A stretch of 32,000 bases of DNA, from positions 8,960 to 40,959 of the forward strand of contig JAWOFX010000002.1 of assembly GCA_046497275.1 (NCBI GenBank), written 5' to 3'. Each line of letters begins with the position of its first letter. Positions within the stretch are counted from its first letter, which is position 1. This DNA is from Promethearchaeia archaeon (lineage in GTDB: Archaea; Asgardarchaeota; Lokiarchaeia; Sigyniarchaeales; SOKP01). Positions 7,371 through 15,311 of this stretch are shown here, piece after piece. Under the pieces are notes generated by a model that saw nothing but the letters and a program-made list of their open reading frames with translations, was not told where the DNA came from and ran no database searches. The translations under genes and the position numbers were made by a program.

Positions 7371-9879
7371 TCATAGCTAAAAACCTTTTTGGACTCATTT
7401 GATACCTTTGTGGTTTAATCTTGCTTTTGTTTAACCTTTCTTTTCTTTTTAACTCTTTTGTGGGAATTCCATTTGAAGGGCAAAATCTAATCGGCGGGGT
7501 GGTGATAAATTTGGTAACTTTTTGCCTTGCTTGATTGGGTAGGCTTCGGCGAGGATCGGAAATCAAGCGTAGGTTGTAGGCGATGGCTTTATGGGAAAAG
7601 AGCTCTGGATGTTTTTTTCTGCCGATATTAGCAGCACCGTTGATATCTCCGTGAATGATTTTTCCGTTCCTTGTCCGAAACAGCCCATTATGTTTTACTT
7701 TATTTTGGGTGAATCTGCGTAATCCAGCATATTCATCATTTGGTTTTTTCCCAATGGATTCTTCATCAATAAATGAACATTTGCTGGTATACCATTCGGT
7801 TGTGTAATCCACTTTAATTCCAAAATAAATAGCTTCTTCCTGAATCCGTTCAAACATTCGGCTAAATGGAAGCGAAACGAATAAATCTCTGGTTATCTTC
7901 TTGAGTTTAACAGTATTGGTTTTCCATCCCGTGTTATAGCCAATTGTAATCGTCCCTACTCCATAGTATAGGCAATAATACATAAGCTTCTTGGCGATCT
8001 TGTTAATGGCATCCCGCTTCACTCTGTTATATTTGTCCCATAACTCATCTATTTTCAATTTGACAGATGCTAAATATTTCCGTAAATTTTGAACTGACCA
8101 CCCAGAAATTGTTTCCAAAATTCGTATTTTACGATTCCTTTTGTCCCGCAAATAGCGAGAATAATTACGCAAGAGAGAATTTTTCTCACGAGGGGCAATC
8201 TCCATCAAAATAATCTTTCTGAGCTTATTAAAAATCCCTTTATAAACACTTTCTCCGTCGCTCTCAGCAAGTTTTCTGAAATTGTCCCAATTCGTATTTT
8301 TTGCAGTCCTAAAAAATGATCTGGAACGAAAACATCCAAGAGAAGAATTCGTATCCAATCGTGAAAGATCAGAAAACTTTTTAAAAACATACAAAATCAT
8401 TTTTTTCAAGTTCTCGAACTCGTCGTGATAGGTGTGAATTCGAGAATCGATAATTGAGTCTAATGGTTGAATAAATTTATTTTTTTCATATCGCTCTAGC
8501 AAATCGGCAATTACATCAGCTTTCCGTTGCAGTGAGGGAACTCTATGATTTATCCTATAATTCCATTTTTTTATTGCTGAACCGCTAAAAATAGGAAATT
8601 TCGCACCAAAATTTTTAAAGACAGTAAGAAAATTATTCACTCCGAAGTCAATGGAAATGGCTCTGTTAGGGTTTTGCTCGTAATTATTGAGATCAAGACC
8701 ATATTCTCTGGCTCGTTGTGGTTTCGTTTTGTAATAATGAATGTTAAATGAGTAATTTCTCCCGCAAGGTATGATCTCCACAAACCCACCGTTTTTGAAC
8801 AATTGAGATAATACCCTTGCTCTGACTCGTATTCGGGGGATTAAATGATCGTGTGAGGGTGGCACATACATATAACACGTACGTCTTTTATTATTGATGG
8901 CGTCTTTAAGGCTTTCTAGATTCTTCCTATGTTCGAGTCTCTGCTTTGTATAGATTAATTTCCATTGTCCCACTCGTTCTCCCTTTACTTTTTTGCCAAT
9001 GTAGCGGGGTAGACCAGGTCGTGACGGCTTCTGACCGCGTCGATTTTCTGCGGTATGTTTCCAGTTTTTTAGACTTTCATAATATTTCTCTATTAACTTT
9101 AGGTGACTCAAAAAATTCTCACACACAGCTATAACTATCTGTTGGGCACATATAGTATATCCGATATCTTTGTAAGAATCCATAAATTTCATTATCGTTG
9201 GAACAGTACTACTTAAGGCTCGTAATCCATTTTCAAAAATTCCGTTCAAAATCTTTATAGCCGCCTTTTTTGTGTCAGTTGGATAACCGGATTCTCTTAT
9301 GGTTTTATAAAATTTGTTCTCTATACTTTTACGATATAGGCTTTTCTTCTCAGGATCTTTCGTATTATGAAAAAAATAATATTGGCGCAATAAGTACAAT
9401 GTATCATTCGCGAGTGCTCGAGAACGGTCAGAAAGGCGATTTAACTCTTTTAAATCAAATTTAGACCGAGAAATCCGGATTGACTCGGTGGAATAACGCC
9501 CTTTTTCGTCAATCATCGATTGCATTTCCTTAATGTGCTTTTGGTTTATTACAAAAGATCTCGAAGTAAGCTGCTTATTATCAATAGGTTTTGGGTTGAT
9601 ATGATCTTTATGGATTCCTACATTGGAATTCTTCGAAATATCTTCGGCAGAATTCTTATTCTTCTCTTCGTTTAAATTTGGCAATAATAATTGGGAATTA
9701 TTAGTTTTTTCTTGTTTAATTTTCTCAAATAAAGGATAAAAAGGGACCCCATAATTTCTCATCAGGATTTTATTTATCGCATCCAACCCTAACACAATAT
9801 CGGTTTTAAAAGTCTGCGTCATATTGGTTTTAAGTAAGAAATTGTCCTTATAGGCTTGATGATTTACATAAAATTCCAC
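7351..9879 (-). CDS. tnpB: Large TnpB-family RNA-guided endonuclease (rearranged RuvC-II)
   Basis: RuvC-I SIDFGVNN (D411), ITIGYNTGWK with Gly at the canonical RuvC-II site (G647), alternative Glu in TTEWYTSKCS (E695), RuvC-III HGDINGAANI (D745). The N-terminal TnpB motifs ELNRLS...LANDTLYLLRQYYF and AQQ...RPGLPRY are present. GTG start. Confidence 0.9.
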   Translation of the reverse strand: MEFYVNHQAYKDNFLLKTNMTQTFKTDIVLGLDAINKILMRNYGVPFYPLFEKIKQEKTNNSQLLLPNLNEEKNKNSAEDISKNSNVGIHKDHINPKPIDNKQLTSRSFVINQKHIKEMQSMIDEKGRYSTESIRISRSKFDLKELNRLSDRSRALANDTLYLLRQYYFFHNTKDPEKKSLYRKSIENKFYKTIRESGYPTDTKKAAIKILNGIFENGLRALSSTVPTIMKFMDSYKDIGYTICAQQIVIAVCENFLSHLKLIEKYYESLKNWKHTAENRRGQKPSRPGLPRYIGKKVKGERVGQWKLIYTKQRLEHRKNLESLKDAINNKRRTCYMYVPPSHDHLIPRIRVRARVLSQLFKNGGFVEIIPCGRNYSFNIHYYKTKPQRAREYGLDLNNYEQNPNRAISIDFGVNNFLTVFKNFGAKFPIFSGSAIKKWNYRINHRVPSLQRKADVIADLLERYEKNKFIQPLDSIIDSRIHTYHDEFENLKKMILYVFKKFSDLSRLDTNSSLGCFRSRSFFRTAKNTNWDNFRKLAESDGESVYKGIFNKLRKIILMEIAPREKNSLLRNYSRYLRDKRNRKIRILETISGWSVQNLRKYLASVKLKIDELWDKYNRVKRDAINKIAKKLMYYCLYYGVGTITIGYNTGWKTNTVKLKKITRDLFVSLPFSRMFERIQEEAIYFGIKVDYTTEWYTSKCSFIDEESIGKKPNDEYAGLRRFTQNKVKHNGLFRTRNGKIIHGDINGAANIGRKKHPELFSHKAIAYNLRLISDPRRSLPNQARQKVTKFITTPPIRFCPSNGIPTKELKRKERLNKSKIKPQRYQMSPKRFLAMTRVAYV

Positions 9880-9948
9880 ATCAGAAATAAACTCACCTTG
9901 CTTTGAGATGTTTAAGATTTTGTATCTCGATTATCTTTGAGGGAAAAA

Positions 9949-11151
9949 TTAATTAATAGGAAGCTTAAAGGAGAAAGTAGAACCTAATCTAAGGCCTTCA
10001 GATTTGGCAAAGATCTCCCCATCATGCAAATTTATGATTTCTTTCGAAATATGAAGCCCTAACCCGGAACCATTCATTTTGATATCTAATAAATCATTCG
10101 ATTTTTCTATATCTGGAAATTTATTAAATACTTTTTCAAGTTGATTTTGAGTAAGGCCAATTCCCGAATCTTTAATATTAAAAAACGCATAGGTTCCCTC
10201 AGTTTTAATTATTATTTCAATATCGCCGTTAGGAGGTGTAAATTTTATTGCATTTGAAAGTAAATTTATTATTACTCTCTCTATCTTTTGAGCATCGATA
10301 TTTAATATTAATGTTTTTGGGAAAATTGTATTTACCATTAAATTTTTCTCATCAATTTGATATTTGACGTCTCTAAGACAATTCTTTACTAAACAAATAA
10401 AGTCTTGCTTTTTCTTTTCTATTTTAAAATTATTTGATTCTAATTTGGATATATCCAATAAGTTCCCAACCAACTTTATAAGTCTTTCACTGGAATTATT
10501 TATTATTTCTAAAAGATCTTTAAAAACAGAAATATCTTCAAATTTATTTTTATTATAAAAATCTAATAGGAGTTGACTTGCTCCATATAAGGAAGTGATT
10601 GGAGTCTTTAATTCATGAGTAGCAATATTTAAGAAGTTTTTTTGCAATTCTTCGATCTTTTTTAATTTGCTAATTTCTCTTTTGAGTAAATCTTCCAATT
10701 CTATCCGATTTAAATTTTCCTCATAATTTCCTATAATATCTTTGCTTTTTATTCTGGTCCCTAGACTAAGAGATTCTTGAAGATTTATTTCGTCAATAAT
10801 TATTTGGATAAATGATTGATTAATCAATTTTATTTGAGACATATAAAGGTTAATTAATTTTACCTCTTGATTTATTTCTATTGAGAACCCCTTTTTACCA
10901 AAAATATCTCCTTTAGCTACTTGATTTAACTGTTCTTCAAGTATGATGCTTAAATCTTCAGGAATTAATGAATTGAGGAAAATATTTTTGGTTATCACAT
11001 CATCATAATTTAAATTAAAAAAAATTTGTGCTTTTTCATTTAAATATTGAATTTTTCCTGAAAAATCTAATAGAAAAAGAGAATATGGTAACTTATTGAA
11101 TTTAATCTTCAATTCTTCATATTTTGGTATATTATTATCAAAACTAATCAT
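9949..11151 (-). CDS. PAS-domain sensor histidine kinase (soluble)
   Basis: N-terminal PAS-like segment (LPYSLFLLDFSGKIQYLNEKA), H-box THELKTPI, N-box NLLSNAIKF, G1 DSGIG, G2 GSGLGL. Confidence 0.9.
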   Translation of the reverse strand: MISFDNNIPKYEELKIKFNKLPYSLFLLDFSGKIQYLNEKAQIFFNLNYDDVITKNIFLNSLIPEDLSIILEEQLNQVAKGDIFGKKGFSIEINQEVKLINLYMSQIKLINQSFIQIIIDEINLQESLSLGTRIKSKDIIGNYEENLNRIELEDLLKREISKLKKIEELQKNFLNIATHELKTPITSLYGASQLLLDFYNKNKFEDISVFKDLLEIINNSSERLIKLVGNLLDISKLESNNFKIEKKKQDFICLVKNCLRDVKYQIDEKNLMVNTIFPKTLILNIDAQKIERVIINLLSNAIKFTPPNGDIEIIIKTEGTYAFFNIKDSGIGLTQNQLEKVFNKFPDIEKSNDLLDIKMNGSGLGLHISKEIINLHDGEIFAKSEGLRLGSTFSFKLPIN

Positions 11152-11302
11152 TTTTCAAATTTGAAAAAAACCAATTCTTAAATTGTTAAACAAAATGATC
11201 TTAAAAAAAAGCTATGAAAAAAAAATTCATTCTTACCTATATAACGAACAAAATTGTAAAAATTCTAAGAACTCAAAATTTTATAAATTTCAATATGATG
11301 TA

Positions 11303-12808
11303 TTATTTCATTCTTCTTCGAAACTGTGAATAATCGCTTAACACTTTAAAACATTGGCTAGGAGCATCCCATAAATCAAAAATAGGGATATCGTGAGATA
11401 TAAACTTTTGTAACCACCCTGAACGATATGGGATTGGGCCAACGTAAAAAACAGGTATAGAATATTTTTTCATTAATCTTTTCATTGGTTTGAATACAGC
11501 TCTCTCTATTACATTTCCGATATTTCTCATTTGATCATCTATCACCATACCAGATTCTTCCATCGTTTTAAGCACATCATCTAAATCGAAGACACCATAG
11601 ACAGCAATGCCATCAACCTCTCCGGATTCCATTAAGATTTTGGGGAATTTTTTGAACAAATTTAAAAAATCTATGTCAAAAGTCACATCTATCGGATTTA
11701 GAGCACTTGCTGTGGGTGGAATATATTGTTTAATTTCCTCTTGAAGAGTATTACTGAATTTAGGTACTTCTAATCCAAATTTTTCCATAGACTTCGTCAT
11801 CATGCTCCCACTCCCCCCAGAATCAGTAACGACTGCAATCTTTTTTCCTTTCATAAATACCTGCTCTTTTTGTGCAAATGAAAGTGTACGAAGATAATAT
11901 AGAAAATCTTGCATTGAAATAGTCGAAATTATACCCGTTTCTTTAAACACAGCATCATAAATATTTTGATTTCCCCCGATAGATCCAGTATGACTCATTA
12001 TCGATCTTTCTGCTGCTTCTGAACCCCCAGCATAAATTGCTACAATGGGTTTTTTAGGGGTTATTTTTTTTGCGATATCAATAAATTCTCTGCCCCTCTT
12101 TATTTCCTCAATATAAAGTCCTATTACTTGTGTTTGTGGATCATCTTTGAAAAATTTTAAATAATCCACTATATCGATGTTAAGTTCATTTCCTATAGAC
12201 AAAGATTTACCGACCCTAACACCCCAATCTTGGCAATGCCAAAACAAATGACAGGCAATAGTTCCAGACTGTGAAATTATCGAAATATTTCCTCTTTCAG
12301 GAGTTTCATAGATCCACATTGTATTAAAATGTGAGTTCTCGTTTTCGGGGTCATACCATCCGTTATATATTCCCAGACAGTTTGGACCAACAAACCTCAT
12401 TCCATACTTCTCAGCTATTTGATTGATTTTTTTCGATAATTCTAAACCATCTTCACCCACTTCTCTGAATCCACCTGAGGTTATAATTAATTGCTTTATG
12501 CCTTTCTCTCCACATTCTTGCATGACTTCAGGTACTATTCTCGGAGGCAAAATAATAAATGCTAATTCAGGTATTTCTGGTAAGTCCAACACGCTTTTAT
12601 AGGCTTTATGTCCTTGTACCTCATCTAATCTTGGATGGATAGGAAAAATCTTTCCTGTAAACCCACCTTCCCTAATATTTCTTAATTGCATAGAACCCAT
12701 TGTGGTTAAAAGATTATTATTCGCACCGAAAACAGCTATGCTTTTAGGATTTAAGATTTTATATAAAAAGTGGTTTTGATTAAGTTCTTGATATTCTTGT
12801 AAGTTCAA
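11303..12808 (-). CDS. acdA: Acetate/acyl-CoA ligase (ADP-forming), alpha subunit
   Basis: CoA-binding domain PKSIAVFGA, GMRFVGPNCLG, ISQSG, phospho-His motif SHTGS, NPIDV. Confidence 0.85.
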   Translation of the reverse strand: MNLQEYQELNQNHFLYKILNPKSIAVFGANNNLLTTMGSMQLRNIREGGFTGKIFPIHPRLDEVQGHKAYKSVLDLPEIPELAFIILPPRIVPEVMQECGEKGIKQLIITSGGFREVGEDGLELSKKINQIAEKYGMRFVGPNCLGIYNGWYDPENENSHFNTMWIYETPERGNISIISQSGTIACHLFWHCQDWGVRVGKSLSIGNELNIDIVDYLKFFKDDPQTQVIGLYIEEIKRGREFIDIAKKITPKKPIVAIYAGGSEAAERSIMSHTGSIGGNQNIYDAVFKETGIISTISMQDFLYYLRTLSFAQKEQVFMKGKKIAVVTDSGGSGSMMTKSMEKFGLEVPKFSNTLQEEIKQYIPPTASALNPIDVTFDIDFLNLFKKFPKILMESGEVDGIAVYGVFDLDDVLKTMEESGMVIDDQMRNIGNVIERAVFKPMKRLMKKYSIPVFYVGPIPYRSGWLQKFISHDIPIFDLWDAPSQCFKVLSDYSQFRRRMK

Positions 12809-12926
12809 TTTTAACCCTTTAGAAGAATTTAATAAATGAATGGTAATTTGATAACAATATTTTTAATAAAATCTTATATAATATGAATTTTGAGATTTTA
12901 ATTATGGTAATCCAGAATTAGAATTT

Positions 12927-13439
12927 TTATTTTTTGCCAGTTGATCCAAATCCTCCCAATCCACGATCGGAATTGGGTAAATTTTCGGTTTCAACAACTT
13001 CATAATCATGAAGTTTTCCTAAAATAATCTGACAAATTCTCTCTCCTTTTTTCAAAATGACGTCTTTATTGGAAATATTTGCAACGATCGCCATCCATTC
13101 ATTTCTATATCCAGAATCAATGGTACCCGGACTATTTAATATTGTGAGTCCGTCCCATAACGCTAACCCACTTCTTGGAACCACTTTAAAATAATATCCT
13201 TGAGGAATTGCGGTTGAAAATCCTAAAGGACAACCTACTCTCTCTAATGGTTTCAATATATACTTATCAGTGTCTATATCAATTAACTCTTTTTTCCCTC
13301 CCTCTATATTTATCTTTTTAAATCCCTTAATACGAGCATCTGCTCCCGCATCACCAGGTTTGGAAAATTCTGGAATTTCTGTATTGGGTCTTTCCTTTTT
13401 AAAATATACTTTTATCCTTTCTTTTTGAGATTTTTTCAT
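12927..13439 (-). CDS. dut: dUTP diphosphatase (trimeric dUTPase)
   Basis: PRSGLA, NSPGTIDSGYR, GERICQ and C-terminal RGLGGFGSTG motifs. Confidence 0.93.
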   Translation of the reverse strand: MKKSQKERIKVYFKKERPNTEIPEFSKPGDAGADARIKGFKKINIEGGKKELIDIDTDKYILKPLERVGCPLGFSTAIPQGYYFKVVPRSGLALWDGLTILNSPGTIDSGYRNEWMAIVANISNKDVILKKGERICQIILGKLHDYEVVETENLPNSDRGLGGFGSTGKK

Positions 13440-13556
13440 AATATTCTCTAAGTAATCTTTTAACCATAATTATTTAAGAAAATAAAAAAGAATTTTTATT
13501 AAATAATCATTAATTAGGATAAAAAAGAAGAATAAACTAAGCAAGAAAAAGAAATT

Positions 13557-14012
13557 ATGATAGAAATTGGTAGATACAATCCTCGAGAGCATGAAATGGG
13601 ATTAAAGGAATTATTTTATGATTTTAAGCAAAACAATTCCTATTTCCAAGTGAGTTGGGAACAATTTAAAGAAGAATTGGATAAAAGAGTACTTGATCTA
13701 ACAAAAAGAAATGGTATGGTTACTGCATTGGAAGAAGGAAGACTTGTAGGATGGTCTACATATTCTATATTTGTAGATTATCTAGGAAATACGAGAGTTC
13801 TTATTCATCAAGTAATGACACGCAAAAAAGATTCATATAAAAAAGGAATTGAAGAGAAAATAATTCGTGAGCTTGAGAAATATGTGAAAAATACATTAAA
13901 ATACGACAAAGCATATTATCTCTGGAAAGAATCTGACAGTTCTCTGCGTAGTTTGTTTCTAAAATTAGGAATTAAGAAATCAGACTATATATGGCATGAA
14001 AAAAAGTTATAA
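13557..14012 (+). CDS. GNAT-fold protein (putative N-acetyltransferase)
   Basis: VTALEEGRLVGW beta-strands, IHQVMTRKKDSYKKGIEEKII (motif A-like) and LFLKLG near the C-terminus. Degenerate. Confidence 0.55.
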   Translation: MIEIGRYNPREHEMGLKELFYDFKQNNSYFQVSWEQFKEELDKRVLDLTKRNGMVTALEEGRLVGWSTYSIFVDYLGNTRVLIHQVMTRKKDSYKKGIEEKIIRELEKYVKNTLKYDKAYYLWKESDSSLRSLFLKLGIKKSDYIWHEKKL

Positions 14013-14062
14013 TAATCCTATTCTTGTATTTGATATTAATCAGTGTGGAGGGTTGACTTATT

Positions 14063-14800
14063 TTGACTGAAATAGAGAACCAGATTGAAAAAGCAGATAA
14101 ACTTAAAAAAGATAAAAAATTTAACCCAGCCATCGAACTTTTGGAAAAATTGTATGAAAAGAATCCTGAAAACAATAAAGTAAAAGAATTTTTAACCAAC
14201 ACTTTATTAGATTACGCTGGAGAACTTAATGATGAATTTATTAGAGAATATAATGAAGCATTAAGAATCCTTCAGAAAGTCATTAAGATTGATCCAGAGA
14301 ATTATAGAGCATTATATAATTTAGGAATCACATATCATAATTTAGGAGAATACCAAAATGCTTTAGATGCTCTTAATGACGCTCTTGAGATAAACCCTCA
14401 GTATAAATACTGTTATTATAATATTGGTTTGATTTATGAAGATTTGCATGATTTTATTAAAGCCTTAAAAGCATATACTAAAGCAGTAAAAATTGATAAA
14501 AATTTCAGTTATGCTGCTCAAGCTAAAAGAGATATGCAACAATTAATCGATTCATCGAGTGAGTTAGAAATTCCCATATTAGATACAATTGATGATAAAT
14601 CCTTACAGAAATTAAAAAATTTGCTTAAAATGTCTAATAAAGTAAAAATAGAGATGCTTGAGGAGATTCTTAAAATCGAAAAACCAAAAGTAATTGATTT
14701 AATAATCGGATGGGGAGATAAGTATCAATTTGAACTCGATGGTGATTATTTAATTATAAATAAAGAGACTTTACCTAAATTGCTTAATGAATTAGAATAA
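14063..14800 (+). CDS. TPR-repeat protein with C-terminal winged-helix-like domain
   Basis: About 4 TPR repeats (e.g. ALYNLGITYHNLGEYQNALDALNDALEINP). The C-terminal ~55 aa are helix-helix-helix followed by beta strands. Confidence 0.8.
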   Translation: MTEIENQIEKADKLKKDKKFNPAIELLEKLYEKNPENNKVKEFLTNTLLDYAGELNDEFIREYNEALRILQKVIKIDPENYRALYNLGITYHNLGEYQNALDALNDALEINPQYKYCYYNIGLIYEDLHDFIKALKAYTKAVKIDKNFSYAAQAKRDMQQLIDSSSELEIPILDTIDDKSLQKLKNLLKMSNKVKIEMLEEILKIEKPKVIDLIIGWGDKYQFELDGDYLIINKETLPKLLNELE

Positions 14801-14866
14801 TATCATTATATGACAAAAATAAGTGCAAAAATAAAAAAATAATAGAAATTTGAATATTTTACATAT

Positions 14867-15076
14867 TTACTTCTCAATTTCGAAGTTAACTTGACAACGG
14901 ACCCTATATACCAACTCATCGACATCTTCGCGGACCTTTACGTCAGATTGAATTATTGTAAGGTTTCTGATGCCTCGAAGGGTTTTCTTGGCTTCCATAT
15001 ATGCGTTTTTTACCGCATCAGCCCAATTTTGTTTACTTGTGCCAACAAGTTCGATACTTTTATAAACTTCACCCAT
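14867..15076 (-). CDS. Dodecin-family protein
   Basis: 69 aa with VYKSIELVGTS...A..TLR...YRV...NFEIE, the dodecin pattern at the expected length. Confidence 0.85.
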   Translation of the reverse strand: MGEVYKSIELVGTSKQNWADAVKNAYMEAKKTLRGIRNLTIIQSDVKVREDVDELVYRVRCQVNFEIEK

Positions 15077-15311
15077 TTATATCACTTCCTTTTATGTGGT
15101 GAAATATGTTGTTATTAGTTAATATTTAAATATTACTGATATGAATTATTGAAACTCAAAATTTTCGATAATTTTATAGTCATTTTTTGCTAAATAATAG
15201 AGAAAAAAATGATATTTTCTGTAAATTTCAATTTTAAATAGTTTGATTTAATAAAAATTAATAAATAAAACGAATAAATAAAAAGAAAATAATTTTTTAA
15301 AATAGGAAGAT

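Larger units (their letters stand above)
7280..9946 (-). mobile_element. Possible non-autonomous or immobilised IS200/IS605/IS607-related element carrying only tnpB
   Basis: tnpB-like gene flanked by short hairpin-containing segments (7281-7304; GAGAT/ATCTC at 9905-9928). No TnpA and no terminal inverted repeats were found, so the boundaries are inferred. Confidence 0.3.

Noticed and set aside
7351-9879. Calling the protein a Fanzor or a nuclease-dead TldR-type regulator
   Set aside because: RuvC-I reads DFG rather than the Fanzor-typical DPG and the host is prokaryotic. All three acidic catalytic residues are present, so it is not evidently dead.
7184-9948. CRISPR array or cas genes next to the Cas12-sized protein
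   Set aside because: No repeat-spacer periodicity was seen in either flank or elsewhere in the window, and there is no cas1, cas2 or cas4.
7269-9956. AATTAATTAA at both 7269-7278 and 9947-9956 as a target-site duplication around tnpB
   Set aside because: It is a low-complexity A/T motif that is likely by chance in this genome, and one copy includes the kinase stop codon. There are no TIRs, and IS200/IS605/IS607 elements do not make TSDs.
9949-11151. Histidine kinase as part of the TnpB locus
   Set aside because: It is an ordinary, very AT-rich PAS kinase of a type abundant in such genomes. Nothing beyond adjacency links it to tnpB.
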